Assembly: GCA_049472335.1 (NCBI GenBank)
Contig: JBLIRO010000083.1
Location: 1 to 19,882 of the forward strand
DNA: 19,882 bases
Source of the DNA: a bacterium
GTDB lineage: Bacteria; SZUA-182; DTGQ01; JAFGSM01
Reading direction: 5' to 3'
Below are positions 6,055-16,267 of the stretch, piece by piece. The translations under genes and the position numbers were made by a program. Each line of letters opens with the position of its first letter. Positions within the stretch are counted from its first letter, which is position 1. The notes beneath the pieces are model-generated. The model made no database searches and was not told where the DNA came from. It saw only the letters and a program-made list of their open reading frames with translations.

Positions 6055-8067
6055 ATGACGAGAAGATTTGTCTTTAAGGCCGGGCATCTAAATAATAATA
6101 TTGATTTCGGAGCCGACTTAAATGACGAGCAACTCAGTGTTGTTACTGCACCTGGCGGGCCAATGCTCGTCGTAGCCGGCGCAGGCAGCGGAAAGACCCG
6201 CGCCTTGACATATCGCCTGGCATGGCTTGTACAACAAGGTGTTGATCCCGGCCGCATATTACTTGTAACCTTTACAAACAGGGCAGCGCGTGAGATGCTC
6301 CACAGGGTCGAAATCCTGGTAGGCCATAAGACGAAAAACCTCTGGGGCGGAACATTTCATCATATTGCCAACAGGATACTGAGACTTTACGGCACATCCC
6401 TCGATATTTCTCCTGATTTTTCTATCCTTGACAGTGAAGATGCACGTGATCTGATCGGGGCCTGTATTACAGAAACTGGTATACCGATCAGGGAAAGGCG
6501 TTTTCCTCAAAAGGCCGTTTTGTCAAAGATATCGGGTTTCGTGCATAATACCCTTTTGCCGCTAGAAACGATATTGAACAAGCGCTATCCAATGTTTATC
6601 CAGGATATGGATGGGATTCAAAAGGTGCTGGCCCTTTACGCTGCCAAAAAGCATTCAAGGCAGCTTCTGGATTATGATGATTTACTTTCATCATGGCTCA
6701 GACTTCTTATGGAACAAAAGGAGATCCGCGAAATATTATCCGATCAATTTTTATATATCCTGGTAGATGAATATCAGGATACAAATGCCATACAAGGGGC
6801 TATTATCGATCTTCTTGCATCTAAGCATCGCAATCTAACCGTTGTAGGCGATGATTCTCAGTCCATATATAGTTTTCGCGGCGCAAGTTTTAAAAATATC
6901 ATGTCATTTAAGGAGCGATATCCAGATGCCGGTGAATATCGTCTTGAAACGAATTACCGTTCAACACCCGAGATACTGGCGTTAGCCAATGTAAGTATTT
7001 CCATGAACACAGAAAGACTGCCCAAAAATCTTCATGCTATCCGTCCTCAGGGACTTAAGCCCGCGATAGTTTCCTGTTATGATCATTTTACACAATCCCG
7101 TTTTTTATCTGAATATATCCTTCATCTCCTGGACGAAGGAAGGAATCTTAACTCCATTGCCATTCTCTATAGAAGTCATTGGCATTCGTTGGAAATACAA
7201 TTAGAGTTGCAGCGCCGTAATATACCATTCCGTGTAAGGGGTGGACTAAGGTTCTTTGAACAGGCCCATATCAAGGATATAATTTGTCATTTGAGGATAA
7301 TCCACAACCCGCAGGATGAGATAGCCTGGCTAAGGGTATTGAAGCTCTTGCCCAGGATCGGAGGAGGACTTTCCAGAAAGTTATGGTATCATATAAATCA
7401 GGTGGAGAATCCATTGGAGGAGGCATTAAATCCAGCGACGGCTAAGATATTCCCTGCTCGTGCCAGGCCTTTCTATCTCGATTTCACAATGCTACTCAAG
7501 AGGCTTTCAGATCTGACCTCTCCTGCGGAGATGATCGAGCATTTGATGTCCGGTTTCTACGAAGACTATCTGGTCTCCCATTATGACCGATCATATCAAA
7601 GAATAGAAGACGTTAAGGGCCTAGTAAATTTTTCCTCTCAGTATGTTACCCTGGAGGCATTTTTGGCCGATCTGGCCCTGGCTTCGGACTTTTCGGGTGA
7701 AACCGTAATTACAGGACCGGATGAACAGGAATTTGTAATCCTCAGCACCATTCATCAGGCCAAGGGTCTGGAATGGCCTGTAGTATTTATCCCTTGGCTT
7801 GCTGACGGACGTTTTCCCACGGATCTTGCCATAAATACCCAGGATGATGAAGAGGAGGAGAGGCGTGTTTTTCATGTCGCTGTCACCAGGGCCAAGGACG
7901 AGCTGTACCTGGTTGTCCCCAAGGTTTATCGAAGCCGTTCAGGCGGGTTAGTAATGATGAAGCCGAGCCGCTTTCTGACCGAGGTGGATGAGCGTTTCAT
8001 TGAAAAGATGGTGTTAGAAGAAGGTCTTCCACACCTGATCGGAGGTGAGGATAATAATTACGAATAA
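6055..8067 (+). CDS. ATP-dependent DNA helicase, UvrD/Rep/PcrA family (SF1)
   Basis: SF1 motifs AGAGSGKT, VTFTNRAA, VDEYQDTN, VGDDSQSIYSFRG, LETNYRST, STIHQAKGLEW and EEERRVFHVAVTRAK. Confidence 0.96.
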   Translation: MTRRFVFKAGHLNNNIDFGADLNDEQLSVVTAPGGPMLVVAGAGSGKTRALTYRLAWLVQQGVDPGRILLVTFTNRAAREMLHRVEILVGHKTKNLWGGTFHHIANRILRLYGTSLDISPDFSILDSEDARDLIGACITETGIPIRERRFPQKAVLSKISGFVHNTLLPLETILNKRYPMFIQDMDGIQKVLALYAAKKHSRQLLDYDDLLSSWLRLLMEQKEIREILSDQFLYILVDEYQDTNAIQGAIIDLLASKHRNLTVVGDDSQSIYSFRGASFKNIMSFKERYPDAGEYRLETNYRSTPEILALANVSISMNTERLPKNLHAIRPQGLKPAIVSCYDHFTQSRFLSEYILHLLDEGRNLNSIAILYRSHWHSLEIQLELQRRNIPFRVRGGLRFFEQAHIKDIICHLRIIHNPQDEIAWLRVLKLLPRIGGGLSRKLWYHINQVENPLEEALNPATAKIFPARARPFYLDFTMLLKRLSDLTSPAEMIEHLMSGFYEDYLVSHYDRSYQRIEDVKGLVNFSSQYVTLEAFLADLALASDFSGETVITGPDEQEFVILSTIHQAKGLEWPVVFIPWLADGRFPTDLAINTQDDEEEERRVFHVAVTRAKDELYLVVPKVYRSRSGGLVMMKPSRFLTEVDERFIEKMVLEEGLPHLIGGEDNNYE

Positions 8068-8081
8068 ACTTTCTGTTTTTT

Positions 8082-8111
8082 TTGTATTAATCCTGATTAA
8101 CGTGATAAAAT
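8082..8111 (+). promoter_or_regulatory. Possible internal promoter for the AAA gene pair
   Basis: TTGTAT - 18 nt - TAAAAT with extended -10 TG. The palindrome TTAATC-CT-GATTAA (8087..8100) lies in the spacer. Confidence 0.35.
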
Positions 8112-8153
8112 TTTAAATAAATACGGCAATCCTTTTTTACGGGGGATAAATCA

Positions 8154-9095
8154 ATGGAAAAGATCAAAATAGATGATACTGAACTGGTCCTTTCTTATCC
8201 TGATCTGAATGATAGGGAATGGATCGGACAGGAGGAATTGATGGAGCAGATCCTCGCATGCTGGCTGGCAATAACACCCGATGATCTGCCTCTTTGCCCG
8301 CGTTTGCTGGGAAAACCCGGAATGGGTAAAACTACTCTCGCTTTAGCCGCCGCACAGAGGATGGGAAAGCCAACATATATATATCAGTGTACAATGGATA
8401 CGCGTCCGGAAGATTTGATCATAACCCCTGTAATATCCCAGGACGGAAAAATACAATATCATGCAAGCTCACTTATAACTGCCATGATTAAGGGTGGTGT
8501 CACAATCCTCGATGAGGCCAATAGAATGAGTGAAAAATCCTGGGCTTCCCTGGCCCCGCTCCTTGACAACAGACGCTATGCGGAAAGTATTGTCGCGGGT
8601 ATAAAAATCCATGCCCATCCTGAATTTCGATGCTGCGTTACGATGAATGACGATGCCTCCACCTATGAAGTCCCTGATTATATCATATCCCGGCTGCAGC
8701 CGATGATCCAATTGGAATATCCACAAAAGGACGAGGAGTTGGCCATATTGAAATACAACCTCAATTTCGCTCCGATGGACATTCTGATCCTTACCGTGGA
8801 TTTTTTGCAAAAAACCCATAAAGTCAAATTAGATGTCAGCATTCGAGACGGCATCAACATAGCCAGGTATGCTATGAAAATCAAGGGATATGAAAAAAAA
8901 GATAAAAAAATGACGTGGGAAGATGCCTTTCAAAAGTCAGTAGAACAGATCCTGGGAAAAGACGCCCTGAATCCAAAAAAGAAGGCCCTAAATATTAATT
9001 CAAGAAATTTGAGCAACCTGGTTTTTCTTGAGGATTTTTTTATGAACGACAAAGATTGGATGGAAGATAATAAGGAAGAAGAACAAGGGATTTAA
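8154..9095 (+). CDS. MoxR-like AAA+ ATPase (AAA_5 type)
   Basis: Walker A GKPGMGKT, Walker B TILDEANR, QCTMDTRPEDL, HPEFRCCVTMN (sensor 1), SRL arginine finger and SIRD sensor 2. SD is GGGGGA. Confidence 0.9.
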   Translation: MEKIKIDDTELVLSYPDLNDREWIGQEELMEQILACWLAITPDDLPLCPRLLGKPGMGKTTLALAAAQRMGKPTYIYQCTMDTRPEDLIITPVISQDGKIQYHASSLITAMIKGGVTILDEANRMSEKSWASLAPLLDNRRYAESIVAGIKIHAHPEFRCCVTMNDDASTYEVPDYIISRLQPMIQLEYPQKDEELAILKYNLNFAPMDILILTVDFLQKTHKVKLDVSIRDGINIARYAMKIKGYEKKDKKMTWEDAFQKSVEQILGKDALNPKKKALNINSRNLSNLVFLEDFFMNDKDWMEDNKEEEQGI

Positions 9096-9096
9096 G

Positions 9097-10923
9097 ATGC
9101 GAAAAAGGATTCTGGTAAAAGAGGGTCAATTATGGCTTGACAATATATGTCTGTTACCTATAATCTCAGGAAGGGTATCATTCGCCTCTGAAGTTAAAGA
9201 AACCTTTCTGAATAATACATTTGATTGTATTTCAGTGGGATTGCCTTCATCATTTTACACCCTGACCACCCAGGGTATAAAGGCCCTGCCATATATTAAT
9301 GTGATTCTCACAGAAGAGGACGAAATCCATGGCTATTTTCCGATCGATCCCTGTGACGGGATGATTGAAGCCATAAGATTGGGTATGGAGGATGGTGTTC
9401 CGATTCGATTTATCGACCGGGAGATTAACAAACCACCCAAAACCCGTCTGGTCCTCCCCGATGAATATGCCATCCACAGGATAGGTCTTTCATCTTATAT
9501 CCAGTCGATATTTCCGGCATTATCAATAAAAAAAGAGGATGTGCAGGCCAGATTTATGGCATCGAGGCTTCAGGAATTAAGCTTTGAACATAGAAAAATT
9601 ATGTTTGTATTTTCTGTACATCATCTTCCTTCGATTCTCTATTTTTATCAAAATCATTACGGACATGTTCCGAATGGAAAAAGACCCAGGGGAATAAGGC
9701 TTTTTTCGATTCATCCTGACTCTTTGTATTTTATATTAGGCGAGATCCCTCATTTTACGTATCTTTACGAAAAACTCAAAGGCATCATCTCTTTCGAGGA
9801 ATTTGAAAAGACAGAGGCTATAAAAAAGATATTGCTCGAAGCAAGAGATGAATATCAAAGGGAATTTAAGGAGGATATCTATCAAGTCAGTTTATCGGAT
9901 ATTCAAACCACACTAAAATATATACGAAATCTTTGTGTCCTGAAAAACCGTTTCACACCGGATTTATATGAACTTGTTCTTGCTGCAAAAGGGATAATAG
10001 GAAATGATTTTTGCCTTAAACTGATTGAAATAGCTAAATTTTATCCTTATATGGATATTGAAACCAAATATCCTGTTATAAAAATGACTGATCGAATTGT
10101 ATACAAAGATAAATCTCCGTTTCCTGTATACAGAAAAGTTCCGGCCTTGGCTAAAGAGTTTAAAAGGATAAGCCTGGAAAAAAAGCCCGACAAAAGACAA
10201 AAAAAAAGATGGAAGACATACTGGAATCCCAATTCAGTATGTTCATGGCCCCCGGAAGATGAGATCATAGAGAATTTTTGCGGCTATATTCGAAAACGAG
10301 CCCTCAAATTGGTTGGAATTTCACTGGTCAGGACAGAAGAATTTCAAAGCACATTAAAGGATGGTATCCATCTCAGGGAAACCTTGAGGAATTGGCACTT
10401 AAATAAAATCTATGTGAAGGAAGAACCTCAAATTCAGGGTGAAGTCGGTGCCGTTATTTTTGTTTTCGATGATGATCCCGATGAACGGAAATATCCTTAT
10501 AAATTGACTTGGCATGCTGAACACGAAAATGAATCCACCCTTGTGTTTTATGCTACAGACTACAAGGACGATCTTATTGGACCAGAGATAGGCCGCTGCT
10601 TTTATGGAGGTGCTCTTTTTATCTATCCTCCTCAATTTATACGCGACGTTTGGACAGATTCCAGGTTTGAAGCATCAAACTCTAATGCTGAAAGGCTTAT
10701 TATGGCCGGTTTATTTTATTCACAGGATCGTTATGTCGCAGTAGTGGCGAATAGAAAACCATCTTTGTTTATAAAGGATTATGCTAAAACACAACAAAAA
10801 AGACTGGTATTTTTGCCACTTTCCTCATTCAGCCATAAAACGCTTCAAAAGCTTCGCTATTTTCATGTCCTGAATGGAAAACATGTAAGGAGTTGGGCAT
10901 CTCAATTTATCAGGGGATATTGA
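9097..10923 (+). CDS. Hypothetical protein (608 aa), probable partner of the AAA+ ATPase
   Basis: Long ORF starting 1 nt after the ATPase stop codon, suggesting translational coupling. No signal peptide or TM segments are evident and function is unknown. Confidence 0.85.
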   Translation: MRKRILVKEGQLWLDNICLLPIISGRVSFASEVKETFLNNTFDCISVGLPSSFYTLTTQGIKALPYINVILTEEDEIHGYFPIDPCDGMIEAIRLGMEDGVPIRFIDREINKPPKTRLVLPDEYAIHRIGLSSYIQSIFPALSIKKEDVQARFMASRLQELSFEHRKIMFVFSVHHLPSILYFYQNHYGHVPNGKRPRGIRLFSIHPDSLYFILGEIPHFTYLYEKLKGIISFEEFEKTEAIKKILLEARDEYQREFKEDIYQVSLSDIQTTLKYIRNLCVLKNRFTPDLYELVLAAKGIIGNDFCLKLIEIAKFYPYMDIETKYPVIKMTDRIVYKDKSPFPVYRKVPALAKEFKRISLEKKPDKRQKKRWKTYWNPNSVCSWPPEDEIIENFCGYIRKRALKLVGISLVRTEEFQSTLKDGIHLRETLRNWHLNKIYVKEEPQIQGEVGAVIFVFDDDPDERKYPYKLTWHAEHENESTLVFYATDYKDDLIGPEIGRCFYGGALFIYPPQFIRDVWTDSRFEASNSNAERLIMAGLFYSQDRYVAVVANRKPSLFIKDYAKTQQKRLVFLPLSSFSHKTLQKLRYFHVLNGKHVRSWASQFIRGY

Positions 10924-11272
10924 TTTCCTGTTGACTGCTTTTATAAGTGATATCTTCTATATATCGCACCAAGTGCTGCAAATCCTTTTCAGGAACCTCT
11001 ATGAATTCAACCCCGATCTCAAAGCTCTCATTGGCAAATCTTTTTTTGACCCATTTAACCTTTGCCATAACTTCAAAAGAATACGGTATTTTTTTTATAA
11101 TTATTTTTATCTTAAGGACGCTTTCTTTTGGGATAAATTCATTGACAAAGAATCTAAGACCACCTTTGCTGATATCCTTCGAAAGAGCTCCTGTAGCTTT
11201 TATTTTCTTGATAAGCCTGTATGAAATTTCAGCAGATTCAGGAATTCGTATAAACTTTCTGTTATTTTTCAT
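10910..11272 (-). CDS. PilZ domain protein (c-di-GMP receptor)
   Basis: RxxxR (RKFIR) and DxSxxG (DISKGG) motifs plus AKVKW...EIGVEF. The 3' end overlaps the 608-aa gene by 14 nt. Confidence 0.9.
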   Translation of the reverse strand: MKNNRKFIRIPESAEISYRLIKKIKATGALSKDISKGGLRFFVNEFIPKESVLKIKIIIKKIPYSFEVMAKVKWVKKRFANESFEIGVEFIEVPEKDLQHLVRYIEDITYKSSQQEINIP

Positions 11273-11351
11273 ATTTTTTAATGTTACTTATAATATAGTA
11301 TAAATACTTAAATTTAACTTATTATAATATTCATCGGATTCTTGAAACAAT

Positions 11352-12284
11352 TCATTTAACCCTATCCATCGATCTTCCTGCTATTGCCGCCCATTCGTCT
11401 TTTACGCAAACCTCTTCAATCTCGAATCCTTGCTCTTTCATTCTTTCTAATACTTTATTTTTATTAACCTCGCTGATTCCGGAGCAGATAAATAATCCAT
11501 TGCTTTTAAGAACTTTATTTACTGATGATAACAAGCGAATAATGACATCGGATAAAATATTGGCAACAACCACATCATAAATGTCCTCTGCATTTTCAGT
11601 CAGATTACCTGCCTTGATCTTAAATTTTTCAGAATCCAGTCCGTTAAGGCGCAAATTTTCCCTCCCAATATCAACAGCTATCTCATCATGATCAATTCCA
11701 AGTCCTTTTTCTGCACCCATTTTTGCGGCGGCAATCAATAGAATACCTGTGCCGGTCCCGATGTCCAAAAGTGATTGCCCTGGTTTCAGATATTTTTCAA
11801 TCAAAATAATACATAAACGGGTTGTCGGGTGCGTTCCCGTTCCAAATGCCATTCCCGGATCTATTTCTATAACAGTTTCCCCTGGATCAGCCTCATATTT
11901 TCGCCAGGTAGGTTTAACTACTATTTGTCCGGTAATCTTCTCAGGATGAAAGTAGGCTTTCCAGGATTCAGCCCAGTCTTCTTCATCTATCTCTTTATAA
12001 GAAACAAAGGATCTGATTTTCCCTTCATTATTTAAATGCTCTAATTTTTTTTTAAATATTTTGAATTTTTTATCGATACGCTTATCTATAGGTAAATAAC
12101 CGACAACCGCTTTGCATTTTGAAGATTTAGGGATTTCGTCCTCTGAATATACTTCGGTTTCCGTCTCGGAATCTTCAATCAAGACGCCTTGCGCTCCCAA
12201 ATCATAAAAAACGGACGAAATAAGATCGATTACAAGGATCTTGTCATTGGATTCATAATAGACTTTCATCTCCAGCCACTTCAT
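11352..12284 (-). CDS. prmA: 50S ribosomal protein L11 methyltransferase
   Basis: EEDWAESWKAYFHP, IDPGMAFGTGTHPTT, LDIGTGTGIL (SAM binding), VVANIL and ICSGI. Confidence 0.97.
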   Translation of the reverse strand: MKWLEMKVYYESNDKILVIDLISSVFYDLGAQGVLIEDSETETEVYSEDEIPKSSKCKAVVGYLPIDKRIDKKFKIFKKKLEHLNNEGKIRSFVSYKEIDEEDWAESWKAYFHPEKITGQIVVKPTWRKYEADPGETVIEIDPGMAFGTGTHPTTRLCIILIEKYLKPGQSLLDIGTGTGILLIAAAKMGAEKGLGIDHDEIAVDIGRENLRLNGLDSEKFKIKAGNLTENAEDIYDVVVANILSDVIIRLLSSVNKVLKSNGLFICSGISEVNKNKVLERMKEQGFEIEEVCVKDEWAAIAGRSMDRVK

Positions 12285-12397
12285 CTCTTCAGAATTTTAA
12301 TATTAAATGAAATACTATCGATTTTATTAAAATTTCCGATGTATATTATATAAAATAATCTATCTAATAAATATCATAATCTCATAGGAAATTAAAA

Positions 12398-14473
12398 TTG
12401 TTTTTTCTGCTACCGATTGGTCATGAAAATCAGGTTGTTCAAAGATTACCATACGTAACTATAGCTATAATAGTCCTTAATGTCCTTATCTTTGCAGGAA
12501 CAAGACGTTCCACATTGTTATGTCAAAGGGAATATCTTGAAAAATTCGACAATATCGTTGAATTTTATTCTAGACATACTGATTTGGATATAGAGGAAAT
12601 CGTTAAAGATGAATATAAGGAACTCAAGCTGGTTCTTCATGAGATAAAGAAAGAATACTCTTATATACATAGAGGGACATCAACGAGTAGTGATAAAGAT
12701 GAATTAATTGAGATGTTAGACGAATTGCAGAATATTAAATATTCAGTACCATCTTATAAATATGGTCTTATTCCCAGCAATCCCAGGTTGTTTAATTTCT
12801 TTTCATCCATATTCATGCACGGGGGTTTTTTTCACCTGCTTTTTAATATGCTTTTTTTATGGATAGCTGGTTGTACCATTGAAGATAAATGGGGCCGCCC
12901 GTTATATTTATGTTTTTATCTCCTAAGCGGAGTTGTGGCAGCCTATGCACATGTCCTTATGTTTCCCAAAAGCTCAATCCCTTTAATCGGAGCATCGGGG
13001 GCAATCGCAGGCGCAATGGGTGCCTTCCTGGTCAGAATGTATAAAACCAGAATCAGAATAATATATGTGATCTGGCTCTTTATCTTTTACGCCCATAGTG
13101 GTGACTTTTTTGTTCCGGCATATGTGGCCTTACCATTCTGGTTTTTACAGCAGATCTACTACGCCCTGGCATCAGCTGGAACAGGTGAAACCGGTGGTGT
13201 TGCCTTTTGGGCACATATCGGGGGATTTGTCTTTGGGGCCATTATGGCTGTGGTCATTAAAAAATATAATTTTGAAGAAAAATATATCCAGCCAAATATA
13301 GAGAAAAAGATTTCCATAAGTCAACACCCAAAGCTCTTATCAGCTATGGAAAAATTTGATCAGGAAAATTACGAAGAGGCAATTACCGATATAACAGAAT
13401 ATCTCAAACTGGAACCTAATCATCTGGAAGCGAATATTATATTGGGTCAAATCTATCTTAAACAAGACAAAAAAAATGACGCGGCCCGGATTTACAGAAA
13501 ATTGGTGTCTATATATCTTTCTGAAAAAAATACAAATCTGGCCTTAAGCACCTATATGGATATGAAAAACCTATCGAAGGACGCAGTCCTGCCGCCCAGG
13601 GACCAGATGAATATAGCTCATCTATTCGAAGCTGATGGCAATATATTGGAAGCAACCGAAGCATATGACAGGTTGATCCAAAATTATCCTTCAGCCAATG
13701 AATCTATGAAGGCTGCTGTCACATATGGAGATCTATGCCTCGGACCGCTAAATCAACCGGAAAAGGCTTTAATGTTGTTTCAAAAGGCAAAAAGAGGATG
13801 TAAGATCTATCCCGAATGGACTGAAAAGGTAGAAGAAGGCCTGAAAAAGGCATCCGATCTTCTGAACAAAGATAAGGGCACGAATTTTACGGGAATTGCT
13901 AAAGAAAATAACAATAAAGATATCGCATCTGAAGCAAATTTTACAAGGGAAAAGGTCGAAGATTCAGAAAATAAAGATATAAATATAAACATAATGCCAT
14001 TCGAGATGAGGCTAACCAAATTATATAACAATGGGATTATGCTGGAAGGCAAGAATAGAGGCCTTTTTAAGTGGGAGCAGATCAAATATATTGGAGTGGG
14101 TGATATTTATCAAAACGAAATGGAGGATATGGGAGATTGCCGTAGGATAATCGATTTAATATATAATATAGATCCCGACAGCATAAAATTGATCCGAATT
14201 CAGGAAAAAGAGATTGAATACGAACCTCTCTTTAAGGACTCCCTGGCTGATCGTGAGCAAAACTTCAATAAATTAATCAAGATCCTTATTAATTATTCCA
14301 AGGCTGACATTATCCCGAAAATATACAATAAAGATAATCAGGGCAACGAATCCTTCTTGCCTAAATTCAAGAGCCTTAAAAGCTATGAAGAAGTTATCAA
14401 ATCTACTGTCACATCAATGATGGCAGCCAGGTCGCCAGAAGAGGCACATATAATACAATCAGCAATCCGATAA
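12398..14473 (+). CDS. Rhomboid-family intramembrane serine protease fused to TPR repeats and an unknown C-terminal domain
   Basis: TTG start with AGGA upstream. Motifs HGGFFHLLFNM, IEDKWGR, catalytic GASGAI and AFWAHIGG, followed by TPR-like helices (YEEAITDITEYLKLEPNHLEANIILGQIY; EAYDRLIQNYP). Confidence 0.92.
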   Translation: MFFLLPIGHENQVVQRLPYVTIAIIVLNVLIFAGTRRSTLLCQREYLEKFDNIVEFYSRHTDLDIEEIVKDEYKELKLVLHEIKKEYSYIHRGTSTSSDKDELIEMLDELQNIKYSVPSYKYGLIPSNPRLFNFFSSIFMHGGFFHLLFNMLFLWIAGCTIEDKWGRPLYLCFYLLSGVVAAYAHVLMFPKSSIPLIGASGAIAGAMGAFLVRMYKTRIRIIYVIWLFIFYAHSGDFFVPAYVALPFWFLQQIYYALASAGTGETGGVAFWAHIGGFVFGAIMAVVIKKYNFEEKYIQPNIEKKISISQHPKLLSAMEKFDQENYEEAITDITEYLKLEPNHLEANIILGQIYLKQDKKNDAARIYRKLVSIYLSEKNTNLALSTYMDMKNLSKDAVLPPRDQMNIAHLFEADGNILEATEAYDRLIQNYPSANESMKAAVTYGDLCLGPLNQPEKALMLFQKAKRGCKIYPEWTEKVEEGLKKASDLLNKDKGTNFTGIAKENNNKDIASEANFTREKVEDSENKDININIMPFEMRLTKLYNNGIMLEGKNRGLFKWEQIKYIGVGDIYQNEMEDMGDCRRIIDLIYNIDPDSIKLIRIQEKEIEYEPLFKDSLADREQNFNKLIKILINYSKADIIPKIYNKDNQGNESFLPKFKSLKSYEEVIKSTVTSMMAARSPEEAHIIQSAIR

Positions 14474-15686
14474 AGGCTGCAAAGGCAAAACGAAAGGCTT
14501 CCCATGCCACATCTTCTATGGACAGATCAGCAATCTTGCACGCAACATACAGATTCACCGCTACGGGGGGAGTGACCTGGCCGATTGCCAATGCGATGGT
14601 CACCACCACGCCGAACCAGATAGGATTCCATTGAAATTTATGAACCACGGGGATTAAAATGGGTAGTGTTATAAAATACAGTGTTACAGGATCCATTACC
14701 GTACCTGCCACCAACAGACCAAAAGTAATGAAAAATAGTAATACGGGTACATTGGCCGTCGAATATATAAGAAATTGCGATACCTTTTCAATAACGCCGA
14801 GGGTAACGTTCGTCCATCCGAATACTCCAGCCAGAGAGACGATAATCATAACTACTGCCGTAATTTCGGCAGACTCGAGAAGTATTTTGTAAAGCATTGG
14901 AAAATTAATATTGCGATAGAGCACAGATCCCACGAAAAATCCATATAACACGGCAACAGCCCCAGCCTCTGTCGGTGTGAAGATCCCCAGATAAATCCCT
15001 CCCAAAATGATTATAGGCGCCAATAATGCCCATATTGCCTCCTTCAAGGCATGGCAGATTTCCCTAAGGGTGCCGAAGCTTTCACCTTTATATCCCCGCC
15101 TGAAAGATACAAAGAAGATCATCCCTATCAAAGCGAGCCCCAGAATCACGCCAGGGATTATGCCTGCAATAAAGAGTTTTGATATGGAGGTGCCTGTAAT
15201 GGCGCCGTAAATAATAAATCCTATGCTCGGAGGTATGACTATGGCGAGTCCGCTCGATGTCGCTACCAGTGCCGTTACAAAAGGCTTTGGATACCCTGCC
15301 CCCGTTAAACCGGGAATCAGCACTGATCCCAGAGCTGCAGTCTCTGCGGGACCTGAGCCTGTATTCGCGCCCAGTATTAATGCGGACAGAACTGTTACTA
15401 TGGCCAATCCGCCGGGTATGGGTCCAACCAAAAGCTTAACCAGTCGAATAAGCCTTTCAGCAATGCCTATACGGTAAAAGATAACACCTGCCAGTATGAA
15501 AAAAGGTATGGCCACGAGAGACGGTTTTGCAATACTTGCAAAAACTATAGTCGGCAACACCTGAATCCCAAGAGATGAGGTTATAATTATGGTAATCCCG
15601 GCCAATCCCAGACAGACCGCGATAGGCACACCACAAATGAGGAGCAGAAAAAAAATGATGTAGAGCCATGTGCCGGGAGACATCAT
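14409..15686 (-). CDS. dctM: TRAP transporter large permease
   Basis: Very hydrophobic 425-aa protein with GVPIA, LVAIPFFILAG, VIPPSI, SISKLFIAGIIPG, GIFTPTEA and IGQVTPPVAVNLYV. Confidence 0.95.
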   Translation of the reverse strand: MMSPGTWLYIIFFLLLICGVPIAVCLGLAGITIIITSSLGIQVLPTIVFASIAKPSLVAIPFFILAGVIFYRIGIAERLIRLVKLLVGPIPGGLAIVTVLSALILGANTGSGPAETAALGSVLIPGLTGAGYPKPFVTALVATSSGLAIVIPPSIGFIIYGAITGTSISKLFIAGIIPGVILGLALIGMIFFVSFRRGYKGESFGTLREICHALKEAIWALLAPIIILGGIYLGIFTPTEAGAVAVLYGFFVGSVLYRNINFPMLYKILLESAEITAVVMIIVSLAGVFGWTNVTLGVIEKVSQFLIYSTANVPVLLFFITFGLLVAGTVMDPVTLYFITLPILIPVVHKFQWNPIWFGVVVTIALAIGQVTPPVAVNLYVACKIADLSIEDVAWEAFRFAFAAFIGLLIVLYVPLLATWLPSLM

Positions 15687-16156
15687 CTGACACTTTTCAG
15701 ATCATTCAAGGCTGCCTGAGAGAACCTGATTAGAAATAGCAGACTTCCTACGGGCAAGGAAAGGGTAAAAAACCAAAAAGGCCATCCGAGCGAGTAAGTC
15801 ATCATCCCTGACCTGTATTCCGACCATGTCTCGATAGTACCGTAACATAACAAGAGTGTGAATAATATGGATACGGCAAGCCATTGAAGCAAAATAAAGA
15901 CACTTTGAAATCTTTCCGGAATTTTCCTGATGATGAATGTAATTGACAGATGCGCCTTATGTTTTACCGCGACAACCCCTCCAAGCATTGTCAACCAGAC
16001 AAAAAGATTGACAACAAGCTCTTCCGAAGCAGCGAAAGAAATTCCCGGTAAAAATCGTGTTATTATATTAATAGTGCTTATAATAACCATTAAAATTAGT
16101 AATATTGCACAAACAGCTTCTTCTAGATACCGGAAAAGGAAAACTAATTTCTTCAT
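15683..16156 (-). CDS. dctQ: TRAP transporter small permease
   Basis: Four TM segments with the R..SEEL...LFVW...G......HL pattern, and a 4-nt ATGA overlap with dctM. The start is either ATG 16156 or TTG 16171. Confidence 0.92.
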   Translation of the reverse strand: MKKLVFLFRYLEEAVCAILLILMVIISTINIITRFLPGISFAASEELVVNLFVWLTMLGGVVAVKHKAHLSITFIIRKIPERFQSVFILLQWLAVSILFTLLLCYGTIETWSEYRSGMMTYSLGWPFWFFTLSLPVGSLLFLIRFSQAALNDLKSVR

Positions 16157-16215
16157 AGGTCTTGGATTCAATCCTAATGGATTGGTTTCTTAAACATGAA
16201 AAAAAGTCGATAAAG

Positions 16216-16244
16216 ATTAAATCAGAGATTTGATAGGATGTCAA
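16216..16244 (-). promoter_or_regulatory. Putative dedicated sigma70 promoter for dctQM
   Basis: TTGACA (16244..16239) - 17 nt - TTTAAT (16221..16216). Confidence 0.55.
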
Positions 16245-16267
16245 CAATTTCAAGAGGAAAAAAATAA

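Noticed and set aside
12329..12356. dif-like site (…TGTATA TTATATAAAAT)
   Set aside because: The central hexamer and a 9/11 XerD-like arm match, but there is no XerC arm. It is likely a chance match in an AT-rich divergent promoter region.
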